From: Candidatus Latescibacterota bacterium
GTDB taxonomy: Bacteria; Latescibacterota; UBA2968; UBA8231
Assembly: GCA_965223905.1 (NCBI GenBank)
Contig: CBDCXV010000011.1
Location: 512,001-576,000, forward strand
Direction: 5' to 3'
DNA length: 64,000 nt
Under the pieces are notes generated by a model that was not told the origin of the DNA, did no database searches, and saw only the letters and a program-made list of their open reading frames with translations. Position numbers and translations under genes: made by a program. Positions 27,368 through 37,318 of this stretch are shown here, in pieces. The first letter of the stretch is position 1. The number at the start of each line of letters is the position of its first letter.

Positions 27368-29350
27368 ATGGATCAGCCTGTTTTCCCGGCACAACGCAAC
27401 AACACTTCGGCCGCCATCGTCAGAGGTTGCACCGCCCGGGCCTTGATCATCGGTTTGGGGGGGGCTCTGTGCATAAGCCTGGGCTCGACCTACAACGACA
27501 TGATCATCAAGGGCCCTCCGTTGGCCCGTTGGAGCGTCACGCCAGCAGCGATCTTCCTGTTCTTCATCCTCGTCGCCGTCGTCAACACCTTCCTGGGTCT
27601 CATCCACCGCCCCCTGGCACTGCAGCGGGGCGAGTTGGCGGTGGCCTACGTGCTCATGGTGCTGGGCAACACCCTGTCGGGCGGGCTCTCGGGATATGTT
27701 TTACCCGTCATCAGTGGGCCCTATTACTACGCGACGCCCGCCAACAACTGGCGCGAGGATGTGCTCCCTTTCCTGCCGGATTGGATAGGCCCTCGGGATG
27801 CCGATGTCATCCGCGACTTCTACGAAGGCAACCCTACCGGCGGCATACCCTGGGAAGTATGGTCTCTGCCCTTGCTCCTGTGGCTCCTGTTCGCGCTGGC
27901 GCTGTTCCTCGTCATGGTCTGCATGATGGTGATCCTGCGCCGGCAATGGGTGGATCACGAGAAGCTCGCCTACCCCATGGCGCAACTCCCGCTCGCCATG
28001 ATCGCCGACGACAAATGGGAAAGACTGGTCAAGCCGTTGTTCCGCAACTCGGTGATGTGGTTGGGTTTTGCTTGTCCTTTCGTGTTGGCGTCGCTGGATG
28101 CCCTTCACAGTTATTCGCCTACCTTCCCCCGCATCGTACTGTCTGTGGGAAGTTTCCAGTTGTTTTTCGAGCGGGCGGGCATCGGCATGCATTTCTACCC
28201 GTCCATCACCGGTTTCTCCTACCTCATCCACCAGAATGTGGCCGCCGGCCTGTGGTTCTTCTACCTCATCAGTCAACTGGAGCGCGGCGTCTTCGACGCT
28301 GTGGGCTGGTACACGCCTGAGAGCTCGGTCGGGAATTTCAGCCAGTACCTGGACCCCATCATCCTGCACCAGTGCATGGGGGCTATGGTCGCACTCGTGC
28401 TCGGATTCCTCTGGATAGGCCGGGATCACCTCAAGGCTGTGGCCCGCAAGGCGTTCTTGGGCGATCCCGAGGTGGACGATTCGGATGAAATCGTCTCCTA
28501 TCGAGTGGCCGTCGGCGGCCTTCTAACTGGCCTCGCGGGCATGGCTTTCTGGTTGTGGCAGACCGGCGTGCCCGCCCCCTACGTACCGCTGTTGCTGTTC
28601 GGGGCCTTCGTCGTATTCCTCACTGCCACGCGAGAAGCGGCCCAGGGGGGTGTGGCGGCGATGTACGCGCCGACCGTGGCCCCTGACATCGCCGTCTCCG
28701 CGGTCGGGGGATCGATTCTGGGACCGCACGGCTTGGCCGGACTGGCCCTGACCTATCCGTGGAGCACCGGTCGGGCGACGATGATGATCATGATGGTGGC
28801 CTGCGCCAACGGACTGAAGGTGATCAGCGAAGTCGATCTACCCCATCGCCGGCGCCTGTTCGGCGGTATCGTCGCCGTCATCGTCTTGAGCCTGACGGCG
28901 ACCGTCAGTCTGATCTTCTATCTCAGCTACCAGCACGGAGCCGTCAACCTGAACTGGTACTTCGAGGTCTTCGCCAAGTACCCGTACGAGTTTATGGCGA
29001 AGAACGTGGGCAATCCCACGGGACCGAACCTGAACGGGTGGATGCACAAGGGCCTGGGAGCCGGCTTGATGGCAGGACTGTTGGTACTGCAGCATCGCTG
29101 CCCCTGGTGGCCCTTCCACCCTCTGGGGTTCCCGATCGGCGCGGTCTTCGGCCGCATGTGGTTCAGCGTGTTCATCGCCTGGTTGGTCAAGGTCCTGATC
29201 CTCAAATACGGCGGTTCGAGGCTCTATTCTCGCATGAGACCGCTCTTTTTGGGCTTGATCCTCGGGGAGCTGGTGGTCGGCGGGTTCTGGGTCGTCATCG
29301 ACTCCATCACCGGCATGCAGGGCAATCATCTGGAAGGGGTGGTTTTTTGA
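27368..29350 (+). CDS. Polytopic membrane protein, DUF6785/DUF6784-like (putative OPT-related transporter)
   Basis: Many TM segments; ILRRQWVDHEKLAYPMAQLP, PWWPFHPLGF, AWLVKVLILKYGG, PLFLGLILGE. Confidence 0.8.
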   Translation: MDQPVFPAQRNNTSAAIVRGCTARALIIGLGGALCISLGSTYNDMIIKGPPLARWSVTPAAIFLFFILVAVVNTFLGLIHRPLALQRGELAVAYVLMVLGNTLSGGLSGYVLPVISGPYYYATPANNWREDVLPFLPDWIGPRDADVIRDFYEGNPTGGIPWEVWSLPLLLWLLFALALFLVMVCMMVILRRQWVDHEKLAYPMAQLPLAMIADDKWERLVKPLFRNSVMWLGFACPFVLASLDALHSYSPTFPRIVLSVGSFQLFFERAGIGMHFYPSITGFSYLIHQNVAAGLWFFYLISQLERGVFDAVGWYTPESSVGNFSQYLDPIILHQCMGAMVALVLGFLWIGRDHLKAVARKAFLGDPEVDDSDEIVSYRVAVGGLLTGLAGMAFWLWQTGVPAPYVPLLLFGAFVVFLTATREAAQGGVAAMYAPTVAPDIAVSAVGGSILGPHGLAGLALTYPWSTGRATMMIMMVACANGLKVISEVDLPHRRRLFGGIVAVIVLSLTATVSLIFYLSYQHGAVNLNWYFEVFAKYPYEFMAKNVGNPTGPNLNGWMHKGLGAGLMAGLLVLQHRCPWWPFHPLGFPIGAVFGRMWFSVFIAWLVKVLILKYGGSRLYSRMRPLFLGLILGELVVGGFWVVIDSITGMQGNHLEGVVF

Positions 29351-29353
29351 GGT

Positions 29354-32290
29354 TTGAAACCAGTATGTTCAATCCTCCTCCTCTGCGGGTGTGTCTCTGA
29401 GACCCGACCCGTAGCCGACGACCCTGCAGCTGACGGCGCGACAGGTCCCGCTGTGGCGCAGGTTCGGTTCGTGGACGTCACGGCCGCATCGGGTCTGGCC
29501 TTCACCCACGTATCGGGCAGTCCCCAGCAACGCTACATCCTGGAGACCACGGGTGGCGGAGCGGCGTTCGTGGACTATGACGGTGATGGTTTCCTGGATG
29601 TCTTCGTCGTCAACGGCACCCGTGTCGAGGAACAGCCGGAGGAGGCTCACAACCGGCTCTTCCGAAACGTCGAAGCAGCGAGTGGGCCGGGACGGCGGCA
29701 GTTCCGGGAGGTGACGGAAGAAGCCGGGTTGAAACGCTCGGGTTGGGGCATGGGTTGCGCCACCGGCGATTACGACAACGATGGCGATGTCGATCTCTAC
29801 GTCACCTACTGGGGAGCGAACGTCCTCTACCGCAACGAAGGAGACGGGACGTTCGTCGACGTGACCTCGTCCGCGGGGGTGGGAGACGAGGGTTGGGGTT
29901 CCAGCGCTGCGTTCGGGGACGTGGACGGGGATGGCCAGCTGGATTTGTACGTCGGCAATTATCTGGTCTTCGACCTGGCAGCGCCGCCCAACGACGGCCT
30001 GCCCTGCGGGGCCCTCAAAGGGTTGAAGGGCTTCTGTGGCCCTGTCGGGATGGAGGCGCAGACCGATGTGCTGTATCGCAACGAGGGCGGGGGCCGGTTT
30101 GCGGATACAGGTCCGCAAACCGGCGTCGGCCAGCACGCTTATCCCACGCTGGGTGTCGTTTTCGGAGATTACGACCAGGACGGCGACCAGGATATCTACG
30201 TGGCCAATGATGCCGAGCCCAACCTGCTGTGGCGCAACGACGGCGGCTGGCGCCTGAGTGAGGTGGGCGCCGTCGCCGGCGTGGCCTACAGCGAGGACGG
30301 CCGGGCCCAGGCCGGGATGGGAGTGGACTTCGGTGATTACGACAACGACGGCGATCTGGATCTGTACGTGACCAACTTCTCTGACGATGTGAATACGCTG
30401 TACCGGAACCGGGGCGACGGTACCTTTGCCGATGCCACGGCTCTGTCTGGCTTGGAAGGAACGGCACGGCCCTACCTGGGCTGGTCCACGTCCTTTTTTG
30501 ACGCGGACAACGATGGTTGGCTCGACCTATTCGTGGCCAATGGCCACGTCTATCCGCAGCTGGAAGAGCATCCGTCGGTGCTGCGCTACCCGCAACGGAA
30601 CCTGTTTTACCACAATCAGGATGGCGTGTTTAGCCCCGTCGATGCCGGTCCGGGCATGGAGGTTGAAAAGGTCAGTCGTGGGACCGCCTTCGGGGACTAC
30701 GACAATGACGGTGATGTGGATCTGCTGGTGATGAACCTGAACGACGCACCGACATTGCTGCGCAATGAGGGCGGCAACGCCAACAATTGGCTTGGTCTGC
30801 AGCTGGTGGGCACCACGAGCAACCGGGATGCGATCGGGGCCCGGGTGCGGGTGCAGGCCGGGGATCTGGCGCTGGTGCGGGAGGTGCAGCGCGGCTACGG
30901 CTACCAGTCTCAGCACGACCCGCGTCTGCTGTTCGGCCTGGGGTCGCGCCAACAGATGGAATGGGTGGAAATCCTCTGGCCTTCGGGACGACGGCAGCAG
31001 CTGGAGGGTCTGCCGCTGCGTCGTTATGTTGTGGTCCGCGAAGGGAGCGCCGACGTACTGGCCGGCGACGTCGTACCGCAGGATGAGTCAGCTGGCACGA
31101 CCCCCTCATCACCCGTTGCGGCAGGCTCGGCCGCCCCTGCTCCGCAGGTCGGGCAGCCGGACTGGACGGCGAAGGATTATTTCCGGGCCGGGGTTTCGTT
31201 CTATGAGCAGGCGCGTCACGGCGAAGCTCAGGCGGCGTTCGAGCAGGCCGTCGAGCACGACCCCGACTATGCTGTCGCCTACATCAATCTGGGCATAATG
31301 CTCTACTTCAAAGGCAGCTACCAGGAGGCCGCTGTCGCGGTGGAAAGAGCAGCCCGGCTGGATCCCTCCCAGGCCGAGACATTTAGCCTGCTGGGCAGGT
31401 TCTATCTCGGCCTCAACCGTCCTGACCTGGCGCTCGTGGCTTTGGGCAGGGCCACCCGGCTGGCTCCGAGCGTCTGGGAGTATCACCATTGGCGGGGACT
31501 GGCTTTTGCGCGCGCCGACAGCACCGAGGCGGCCGTGGCTGCGTTCCGTCAGGCGTCCAAACACGCACCCTGGGAGCCGTGGCCTCATCAGCGCCTCGCC
31601 CGGCAGTACAGCGAGTTGTCGCGGCCGCAGCTGGCAGCCCGCGAGCAGCAGCTGTTCGAACAGCTGGCTCCCCGCAAGCAACGGGTGGTGAGGTACCGAA
31701 GGGAGATCGAGGAATACCCCGAGAAGGCCGCTCTGCACAACAAGCTGGGCCGCGCCTACCTCGAGCAGGGTCGGCCGCGGGATGCCATGCGTCAGTTCGA
31801 CCTGGCCGTCGAGCTCGACGCGGAGTTCGGGTTGGCGCATTACGGCCGCGGAGCTGTGTTGCACCTGCAAAAGCGAACAGCCCTCGCCATCCTGGCCTAC
31901 CAGGAGGCCTGCCGGGTGCAGCCGGATCTGTTTGAGGCCTTTCACGATCTCGGGCTGGCCTACAGTCAGACCGAGCAGTACGAGAAAGCCATCGTCGCTT
32001 ACCGCAAGGCGCTGGCCCTGCAGGGGGACCGACCGTTGGTCCACAGCAACCTGGGCGATATCTATGCGACGCAAAGGCGCTTCGAGCAGGCCGCACGATC
32101 GTACGAAACGGCGCTCGAAATGAACCCAGGCCTGACTCGGACCCGCGATCTTCTCGGGCGTGTGTATGCCGCTCAGGCACGGCTGGAAGAGGCGATTCGG
32201 GAGTGGGAAATGGTGTTGCAGCAGGACCCCGACCATCCGTATGCTGGCAGTCTCCTGCGCCAGGCCCGCAAAAAACTCTCACAGAAGTGA
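29354..32290 (+). CDS. CRTAC1-family protein (FG-GAP repeats, ASPIC/UnbV) with C-terminal TPR repeats; probable lipoprotein
   Basis: Repeated GDYDNDGDxDLYV; NRDAIGARV, GYQSQHDPRLLFGLG; TPR helices; LCGC lipobox-like motif; TTG start. Confidence 0.9.
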   Translation: MKPVCSILLLCGCVSETRPVADDPAADGATGPAVAQVRFVDVTAASGLAFTHVSGSPQQRYILETTGGGAAFVDYDGDGFLDVFVVNGTRVEEQPEEAHNRLFRNVEAASGPGRRQFREVTEEAGLKRSGWGMGCATGDYDNDGDVDLYVTYWGANVLYRNEGDGTFVDVTSSAGVGDEGWGSSAAFGDVDGDGQLDLYVGNYLVFDLAAPPNDGLPCGALKGLKGFCGPVGMEAQTDVLYRNEGGGRFADTGPQTGVGQHAYPTLGVVFGDYDQDGDQDIYVANDAEPNLLWRNDGGWRLSEVGAVAGVAYSEDGRAQAGMGVDFGDYDNDGDLDLYVTNFSDDVNTLYRNRGDGTFADATALSGLEGTARPYLGWSTSFFDADNDGWLDLFVANGHVYPQLEEHPSVLRYPQRNLFYHNQDGVFSPVDAGPGMEVEKVSRGTAFGDYDNDGDVDLLVMNLNDAPTLLRNEGGNANNWLGLQLVGTTSNRDAIGARVRVQAGDLALVREVQRGYGYQSQHDPRLLFGLGSRQQMEWVEILWPSGRRQQLEGLPLRRYVVVREGSADVLAGDVVPQDESAGTTPSSPVAAGSAAPAPQVGQPDWTAKDYFRAGVSFYEQARHGEAQAAFEQAVEHDPDYAVAYINLGIMLYFKGSYQEAAVAVERAARLDPSQAETFSLLGRFYLGLNRPDLALVALGRATRLAPSVWEYHHWRGLAFARADSTEAAVAAFRQASKHAPWEPWPHQRLARQYSELSRPQLAAREQQLFEQLAPRKQRVVRYRREIEEYPEKAALHNKLGRAYLEQGRPRDAMRQFDLAVELDAEFGLAHYGRGAVLHLQKRTALAILAYQEACRVQPDLFEAFHDLGLAYSQTEQYEKAIVAYRKALALQGDRPLVHSNLGDIYATQRRFEQAARSYETALEMNPGLTRTRDLLGRVYAAQARLEEAIREWEMVLQQDPDHPYAGSLLRQARKKLSQK

Positions 32291-32318
32291 TATGACCTTT
32301 CACGCCTGGGATGGGCAC

Positions 32319-33986
32319 ATGAAATACTTCCGGATGGCCTGCTTGGGCGTCGCTTTCCTCTGTGGTGCATGCGGGGAGGCTGGCCCGCCACCCGCGGGTG
32401 AAGCCGTCGTCGCCCGCGTCGGCCGTCAAGAGATCACCGAGGCGCATCTGCTCGCCTATGTAGAGCAGTTGCCTGACAATTTGCGCTCTGAGGAGACCGG
32501 GGATGCGGCTCGTCGGCAGTATCTGCAGGCCCTGATAGACCGCCAGGTGCTGCTCATGGAGGCGCGGGACCTCGGTCTTGACACCACCCAGGCGACGCGC
32601 CAGTCCGTCCAGGAAGCACTGGACAATCGCGTGCGCAGTCTGTTTCAGGCGCGGGAGATCCGTCCCCAGATCGAGATCACGGAAGACGAGATCCGCCGCC
32701 ACTTCGATGAGGAGGGGTACGCGCGCGAACGCAACCTGCATGCGATCATGGTCAAGTCGCGCGCCGACATCGACACCGTCTTGGCGCAGCTGCAGACAGG
32801 ACGCCCCTTCGCGGAGGTGGCCGCCGCCTATTCCCTGGACCAACGCTCGGCCAAACAAGGTGGCGAGGTTGGCTTCATCGGGCGCGACAAGGTGCAGACG
32901 TACTACATCCCACCGGAGGTATTCCGCACGCTGCCCGCCGGCGAGATCTCTGCACCGATGCGGGCTGGCAGCGGCAACGCCTGGCATGTGATCCGTTTCG
33001 TCGAAGAGCGCCCCGCGGTCTACGAGAAGTACCACCCGGTCATCAACGCCCGGCTCTTCAGCGAGCGCCTGGCCCAATTGAGGGACGATCACGTTGAACG
33101 GCTCAAGGAATCGCTGCGGGTGCGCCTGGAGCCTGCGGGTGTGGAAGAAGTGGTCGCTGCCTATGGCCAGAAGAATCCCGATGCGCTCGCCGGGCGTCCC
33201 ACGCATCTGTATGTTTTCGACGGAGGGGCCATCACCGTCGGCGATGCCCGCGAGGCGTTGCAGAAGATTCCACCGCGCGGTTTGGACGACAACACGCAGG
33301 CCGTCCGCGTTTTGGAGCGAGCCGTCCTGCGCCCCGTCCTGCTCTCCGAGGCAGGGCGTCGTGCCGGGCTCTACGAGGAGCCGGAGATCCACCGGCTCGA
33401 AAAGGAAACACTCGAGAACATACTGCTCGAAACGCTCGGAGGAACCGTCTTTGCAGAGCAGGCAGACGTATCCGAAGAGGAAGTGCGGCAGTATTACGCC
33501 GACCATCGGGAGACCTTCCATCACGAAGAGGCCTTCGTGGTGGAAGAGTTGCTGGTGCCAACGGAGCTGGAGGCTGGGCAGTTGAAGGAGCAACTCGCCG
33601 GCGGCGCCACGTTCGCCGAACTGGCGGACCGCAGCCTCAGGCGCGGCGGACGCGAGAGCGAGGGACGGGGCCACTTTCACCCGCGCGAGAAATCCGCGTA
33701 CCCCACGATGGTACCGGCTGTCATGGCGGCCCCTATCGGGCAGCTCGTCGGGCCCCTGGAAGTGAAAGGGGGATATTCCGTGTTCACCTCCCATGGACTG
33801 CAAGAAGGTGAGGCCATGCCCTACGAAGACGCGCGCCGGTGGGCTCGTAACATGCTGCGGCGAGAGCGCGAGGAGCAAGCGCTGAATACCCTGCTACAGC
33901 GCCTGCGCTCGGAGTACGCGTCGCAGATCGAAATCGACGAATCCCGCCTGACCGAAGCCCTGCCCGACAGCCTGGTGCAGGGCTGA
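32319..33986 (+). CDS. PpiC/parvulin-type PPIase lipoprotein (PrsA/SurA-like, tandem domains)
   Basis: Lipobox CGAC; FAEVAAAYSLDQRSAKQGGEVGF, GEISAPM; second unit FAELADRS..VGPLEVKGGYSV. Confidence 0.88.
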   Translation: MKYFRMACLGVAFLCGACGEAGPPPAGEAVVARVGRQEITEAHLLAYVEQLPDNLRSEETGDAARRQYLQALIDRQVLLMEARDLGLDTTQATRQSVQEALDNRVRSLFQAREIRPQIEITEDEIRRHFDEEGYARERNLHAIMVKSRADIDTVLAQLQTGRPFAEVAAAYSLDQRSAKQGGEVGFIGRDKVQTYYIPPEVFRTLPAGEISAPMRAGSGNAWHVIRFVEERPAVYEKYHPVINARLFSERLAQLRDDHVERLKESLRVRLEPAGVEEVVAAYGQKNPDALAGRPTHLYVFDGGAITVGDAREALQKIPPRGLDDNTQAVRVLERAVLRPVLLSEAGRRAGLYEEPEIHRLEKETLENILLETLGGTVFAEQADVSEEEVRQYYADHRETFHHEEAFVVEELLVPTELEAGQLKEQLAGGATFAELADRSLRRGGRESEGRGHFHPREKSAYPTMVPAVMAAPIGQLVGPLEVKGGYSVFTSHGLQEGEAMPYEDARRWARNMLRREREEQALNTLLQRLRSEYASQIEIDESRLTEALPDSLVQG

Positions 33987-34051
33987 CCGATCATGGCACG
34001 ATCTCCCGCCTTCGCCAGTCGGTCAGGGCGGCCCGTCACGGAGCGATAACC

Positions 34052-36304
34052 ATGGGTCAATCTTTTGCGGCTGTTGTGAAGAGCACCGTCCCGATCGCAC
34101 TTGGCTTCTTCCTCGCCTCCTCCTGCGGCAGCGGCTCCGACCACGATCCGCAGGCGGCAGGCGGAGAAACGCCCACCCCCCCGCGCCCGGCGGGACACGA
34201 GCGCATTGTCGCACTGCTGGAAGACGTGGGCAGGCGAGCCCTGGACGAGCACCCCTTTTTCAGGGACAGGGAGGCGCGTGAGCTTCGAGCCAAGTGGGAA
34301 CGGCTTCCACAGGATGCGCCCCCGCGTCAGATCTGGGACTTGAGCGTGACCCTGGGCATGCGGGAGTTGTGGTTGGGCCGTGTGCAGGAAGCGATCGAAC
34401 ATCTGCGGCGAGGCTATGCTTTGTTGAGTGAAATCAATGTGAAGAAGTCCGAATCGGAGCGCACGATCTTTTATCTGGGCGTGGCCTATCTACGGCTGGG
34501 CGAGGTAGTAAACGGCTCCCTGCGCCCCAGCCCCCACAGCTGCATCATGCCGCTTCAGAACGGGGGATTGCACACCGACACCGAGGGTTCCCGTGCCGCC
34601 ATCGAGTATTTCAGTGAGCTCGTGAACCGGGACCCGAAAACCCGCCTGGCAGCGGTGGCTCGCTGGTTGCTGAATGTGGCCTACATGACCCTGGGCGAAT
34701 ACCCGCACAAAGTTCCGCCGGAGCACCTGATCCTGATCGAGGACATTCTCCAGCAGGAGAGAGGTTTTCCCCGGTTCGCGAACATCGCCACGCGGCTCGG
34801 CCTCGACATCTTCGATCTCGCCGGCGGCGCCATAGTCGATGACTTTGATAGCGATGGCGACCTCGACCTGGTCCTGTCGACGTGGGACACCAGCGGACCG
34901 ATGCACTACTTCCGCAACAACGGCGACGGGTCGTTCACCGACCGTACCCGGGATGCTGGCCTTACGGATCTCTACGGCGGGCTGAACATGAGGCACGCCG
35001 ACTATGACAACGACGGCGACCTGGATATTCTCGTGCTGCGCGGCGCTTGGGCGCTTGAATCTGGCCAGCATCCCAATTCTCTCCTGCGCAACCAAGGCAA
35101 CGGAACGTTCACGGACGTGACGTTCGAGGCGGGACTGGGCGATGCCCATTATCCGACGGCGACGGCCGATTGGGCCGACTACGATAACGACGGCGACATC
35201 GACCTCTACATCGGCAACGAGACCGCGGGTGGATTTCGGGCTCCCTGCCAGCTGTTTCGCAACGACGGCGATGGGTCCTTTACGGATGTAGCCGGCGAAG
35301 CCGGGGTCCAGAACTACGGATTCACGAAGGGTGTCACCTGGGGCGACTACGATGGCGACCGCTTCCCCGACCTCTACGTCTCCAATATGGGTCAACCCAA
35401 TCGGCTCTACCGCAACGACGGCGATGGGTCCTTCACAGACCGAGCGCCTGCGTTGGGCGTGACGGAACCGAAGAAAAGTTTTCCCGCTTGGTTCTGGGAT
35501 TTCGACAACGACGGTGCGTTGGACCTGTTCGTGTCGGGATGTCCTGACTTTGCCCAGGTAGCCGCCCACTACATGGGGCAGAAGATGGAAAGAGGTTTCC
35601 CGAGGCTGTACCGCGGCGACGGCAGGGGCGGTTTCGAGGATGTCACCGCCGAGCAGAGCCTGGCCTATCCGATGGTGACGATGGGATCCAACTTCGGCGA
35701 TCTGAACAACGATGGTTTCCTCGACTTCTATCTGGGCACGGGCACTTCGACCTATGAGAGCCAGATTCCCAATGTGATGTTCCTCAATCGACAGGGCCGA
35801 GGCTTCGAGGACATCACCATGGCCGGGGGGTTCGGACATCTGCAAAAGGGCCATTCCGTCGCGTTCGCCGACCTCGACCATGATGGCGACCTCGATGTCT
35901 ACCAGCAGATGGGTGGCGCTTTCCCAGGGGACAGGTTCAACAACGCCCTCTACGAGAATCCGGGATTCGGCAACCACTGGATAACGATCGAGCTGGCAGG
36001 CACCCGCTCCAACCGCGCCGCCGTCGGCGCCCGCATCCGGCTGCAGATCGAAGAGGGGGGGCGTTCACGTGCTATCTACCGCCACATCACCAACGGCAGC
36101 AGTTTCGGCAGCAACCCCTTCAGGCAGACGATCGGCCTGGGCCAGGCGGATGTTGTTCGTGAGCTCGAAGTCTACTGGCCCGCGTCGGACAGCCGACAGC
36201 TCTTCAGGAGCGTTGCCGCCGAGCGTGTTTATCGTATCACGGAAGGCGAGAACGAGTACGAAACCCTCGATCTGCCGAGGATGGTGCTGGGGGTCGGCCA
36301 GTAA
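34052..36304 (+). CDS. CRTAC1-family lipoprotein (TPR, FG-GAP repeats, ASPIC/UnbV)
   Basis: LASSC lipobox-like motif; DFDSDGDLD/DYDNDGDID repeats; GHLQKGH; NRAAVGARI. Confidence 0.9.
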   Translation: MGQSFAAVVKSTVPIALGFFLASSCGSGSDHDPQAAGGETPTPPRPAGHERIVALLEDVGRRALDEHPFFRDREARELRAKWERLPQDAPPRQIWDLSVTLGMRELWLGRVQEAIEHLRRGYALLSEINVKKSESERTIFYLGVAYLRLGEVVNGSLRPSPHSCIMPLQNGGLHTDTEGSRAAIEYFSELVNRDPKTRLAAVARWLLNVAYMTLGEYPHKVPPEHLILIEDILQQERGFPRFANIATRLGLDIFDLAGGAIVDDFDSDGDLDLVLSTWDTSGPMHYFRNNGDGSFTDRTRDAGLTDLYGGLNMRHADYDNDGDLDILVLRGAWALESGQHPNSLLRNQGNGTFTDVTFEAGLGDAHYPTATADWADYDNDGDIDLYIGNETAGGFRAPCQLFRNDGDGSFTDVAGEAGVQNYGFTKGVTWGDYDGDRFPDLYVSNMGQPNRLYRNDGDGSFTDRAPALGVTEPKKSFPAWFWDFDNDGALDLFVSGCPDFAQVAAHYMGQKMERGFPRLYRGDGRGGFEDVTAEQSLAYPMVTMGSNFGDLNNDGFLDFYLGTGTSTYESQIPNVMFLNRQGRGFEDITMAGGFGHLQKGHSVAFADLDHDGDLDVYQQMGGAFPGDRFNNALYENPGFGNHWITIELAGTRSNRAAVGARIRLQIEEGGRSRAIYRHITNGSSFGSNPFRQTIGLGQADVVRELEVYWPASDSRQLFRSVAAERVYRITEGENEYETLDLPRMVLGVGQ

Positions 36305-36540
36305 TCATACCAACCCAATTTCACCGCGTGAGTGGTAAGCTCGATCGGGTCGCTGATCGAGCAACCACCGGCAATGTGCGGCAAGCCGGTCGGCTTCGGG
36401 CCGCAGATGGCCGTCGAACGGAGTGACGACCGGAGACAGCACTCCGCGGCGTTCAACGTCAGTCATTGACTCCTCATCGTTGGAAATATTGCATATTCTT
36501 CCGCCCGTTGCATGACCGCCACCCCTCTGTGAGAGGATCT

Positions 36541-36735
36541 ATGACACCGGAAGAGAGATTCATCTTTGATCTCGATGGTTACCTCGTTGTCAAGAACGCG
36601 TTGAGCCCAACCCAAGTCGAGGAGCTCAATGCGCTCGCCGACGAAAGATCGGAAGGTAACTTCAACGAGTGGGAAGAGTTCAGGGTTGACGACGTCTCAA
36701 AATGGGGAGCGCCCTGTCTCGCCCTCGTCGACTTA
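36541..36735 (+). pseudogene. Phytanoyl-CoA dioxygenase family N-terminal relic
   Basis: GAGGA RBS; MTPEERFIFDLDGYLVVKNALSPTQVEELNA; similarity then stops. Confidence 0.7.
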
Positions 36736-36739
36736 GCTA

Positions 36740-36944
36740 AGTACAACCGCGTAGTCGATCGCCGCGCTCTCGAGGACCGCGGTGACCTTGTCGATGACAC
36801 CGGCTTGCCGCAGGCCCTTGTCGGTGACGATGAGAACGCGGACACCGGCCGGCAGCACCTCGGGCAGGCCATCGATCGATCCGGGACCGTGTATCAGCCG
36901 CGTGGGGCTGCGGAATTCGAGAACTTCCTGGAAGGCCAGGCCAT
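36740..36944 (-). pseudogene. Iron-containing alcohol dehydrogenase N-terminal relic
   Basis: FRSPTRLIHGPGSIDGL...VLIVTDKGLRQAGVIDKV; ATG put out of frame by an AGGCC x2 duplication (36933-36942). Confidence 0.75.
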
Positions 36945-37059
36945 AGCCCTTTCTGTACGATGGGGTTAGGTGGGCAGAAACTCGGCCCGTGCCCCGGGGG
37001 GGGTCAATAAAAATGCCGGCGGGCGCCGGAAGACATCGCGACCCTCTCGAGACGCTGGC

Positions 37060-37238
37060 AAGCCACCTCCGGTAGATCCCGTAAGTGCGTTACCGCCCGC
37101 GACCCGTCCGGAACCGGACGCCAGTTCCCCGTCTGGGCGTCGAACTCTTCCATGGCTCCCGTGCCGACTACCGTCGTCGTTGGTGTAGAGGCCGTAGTGG
37201 TCATACCTGATCAGGTCCGGCTTGACGATGTCGACGTG
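37060..37238 (-). pseudogene. Collapsed relic of a paralog of the 37319-39286 gene
   Basis: Two fused pieces similar to about 37375-37457 and about 38014-38080. Confidence 0.8.
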
Positions 37239-37318
37239 AGCCCTTCAGGGTCCAGCCTGCCAGCGGAATGCCGCTGACTTCCGGCATCTGGCTGCGGCGT
37301 CATGGATTGTGTGTGCAG

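Noticed and set aside
29560-35900. Recurring GACTACGACAACGACGGCGA-like DNA repeats
   Set aside because: Explained by FG-GAP protein repeats in the CRTAC1 genes
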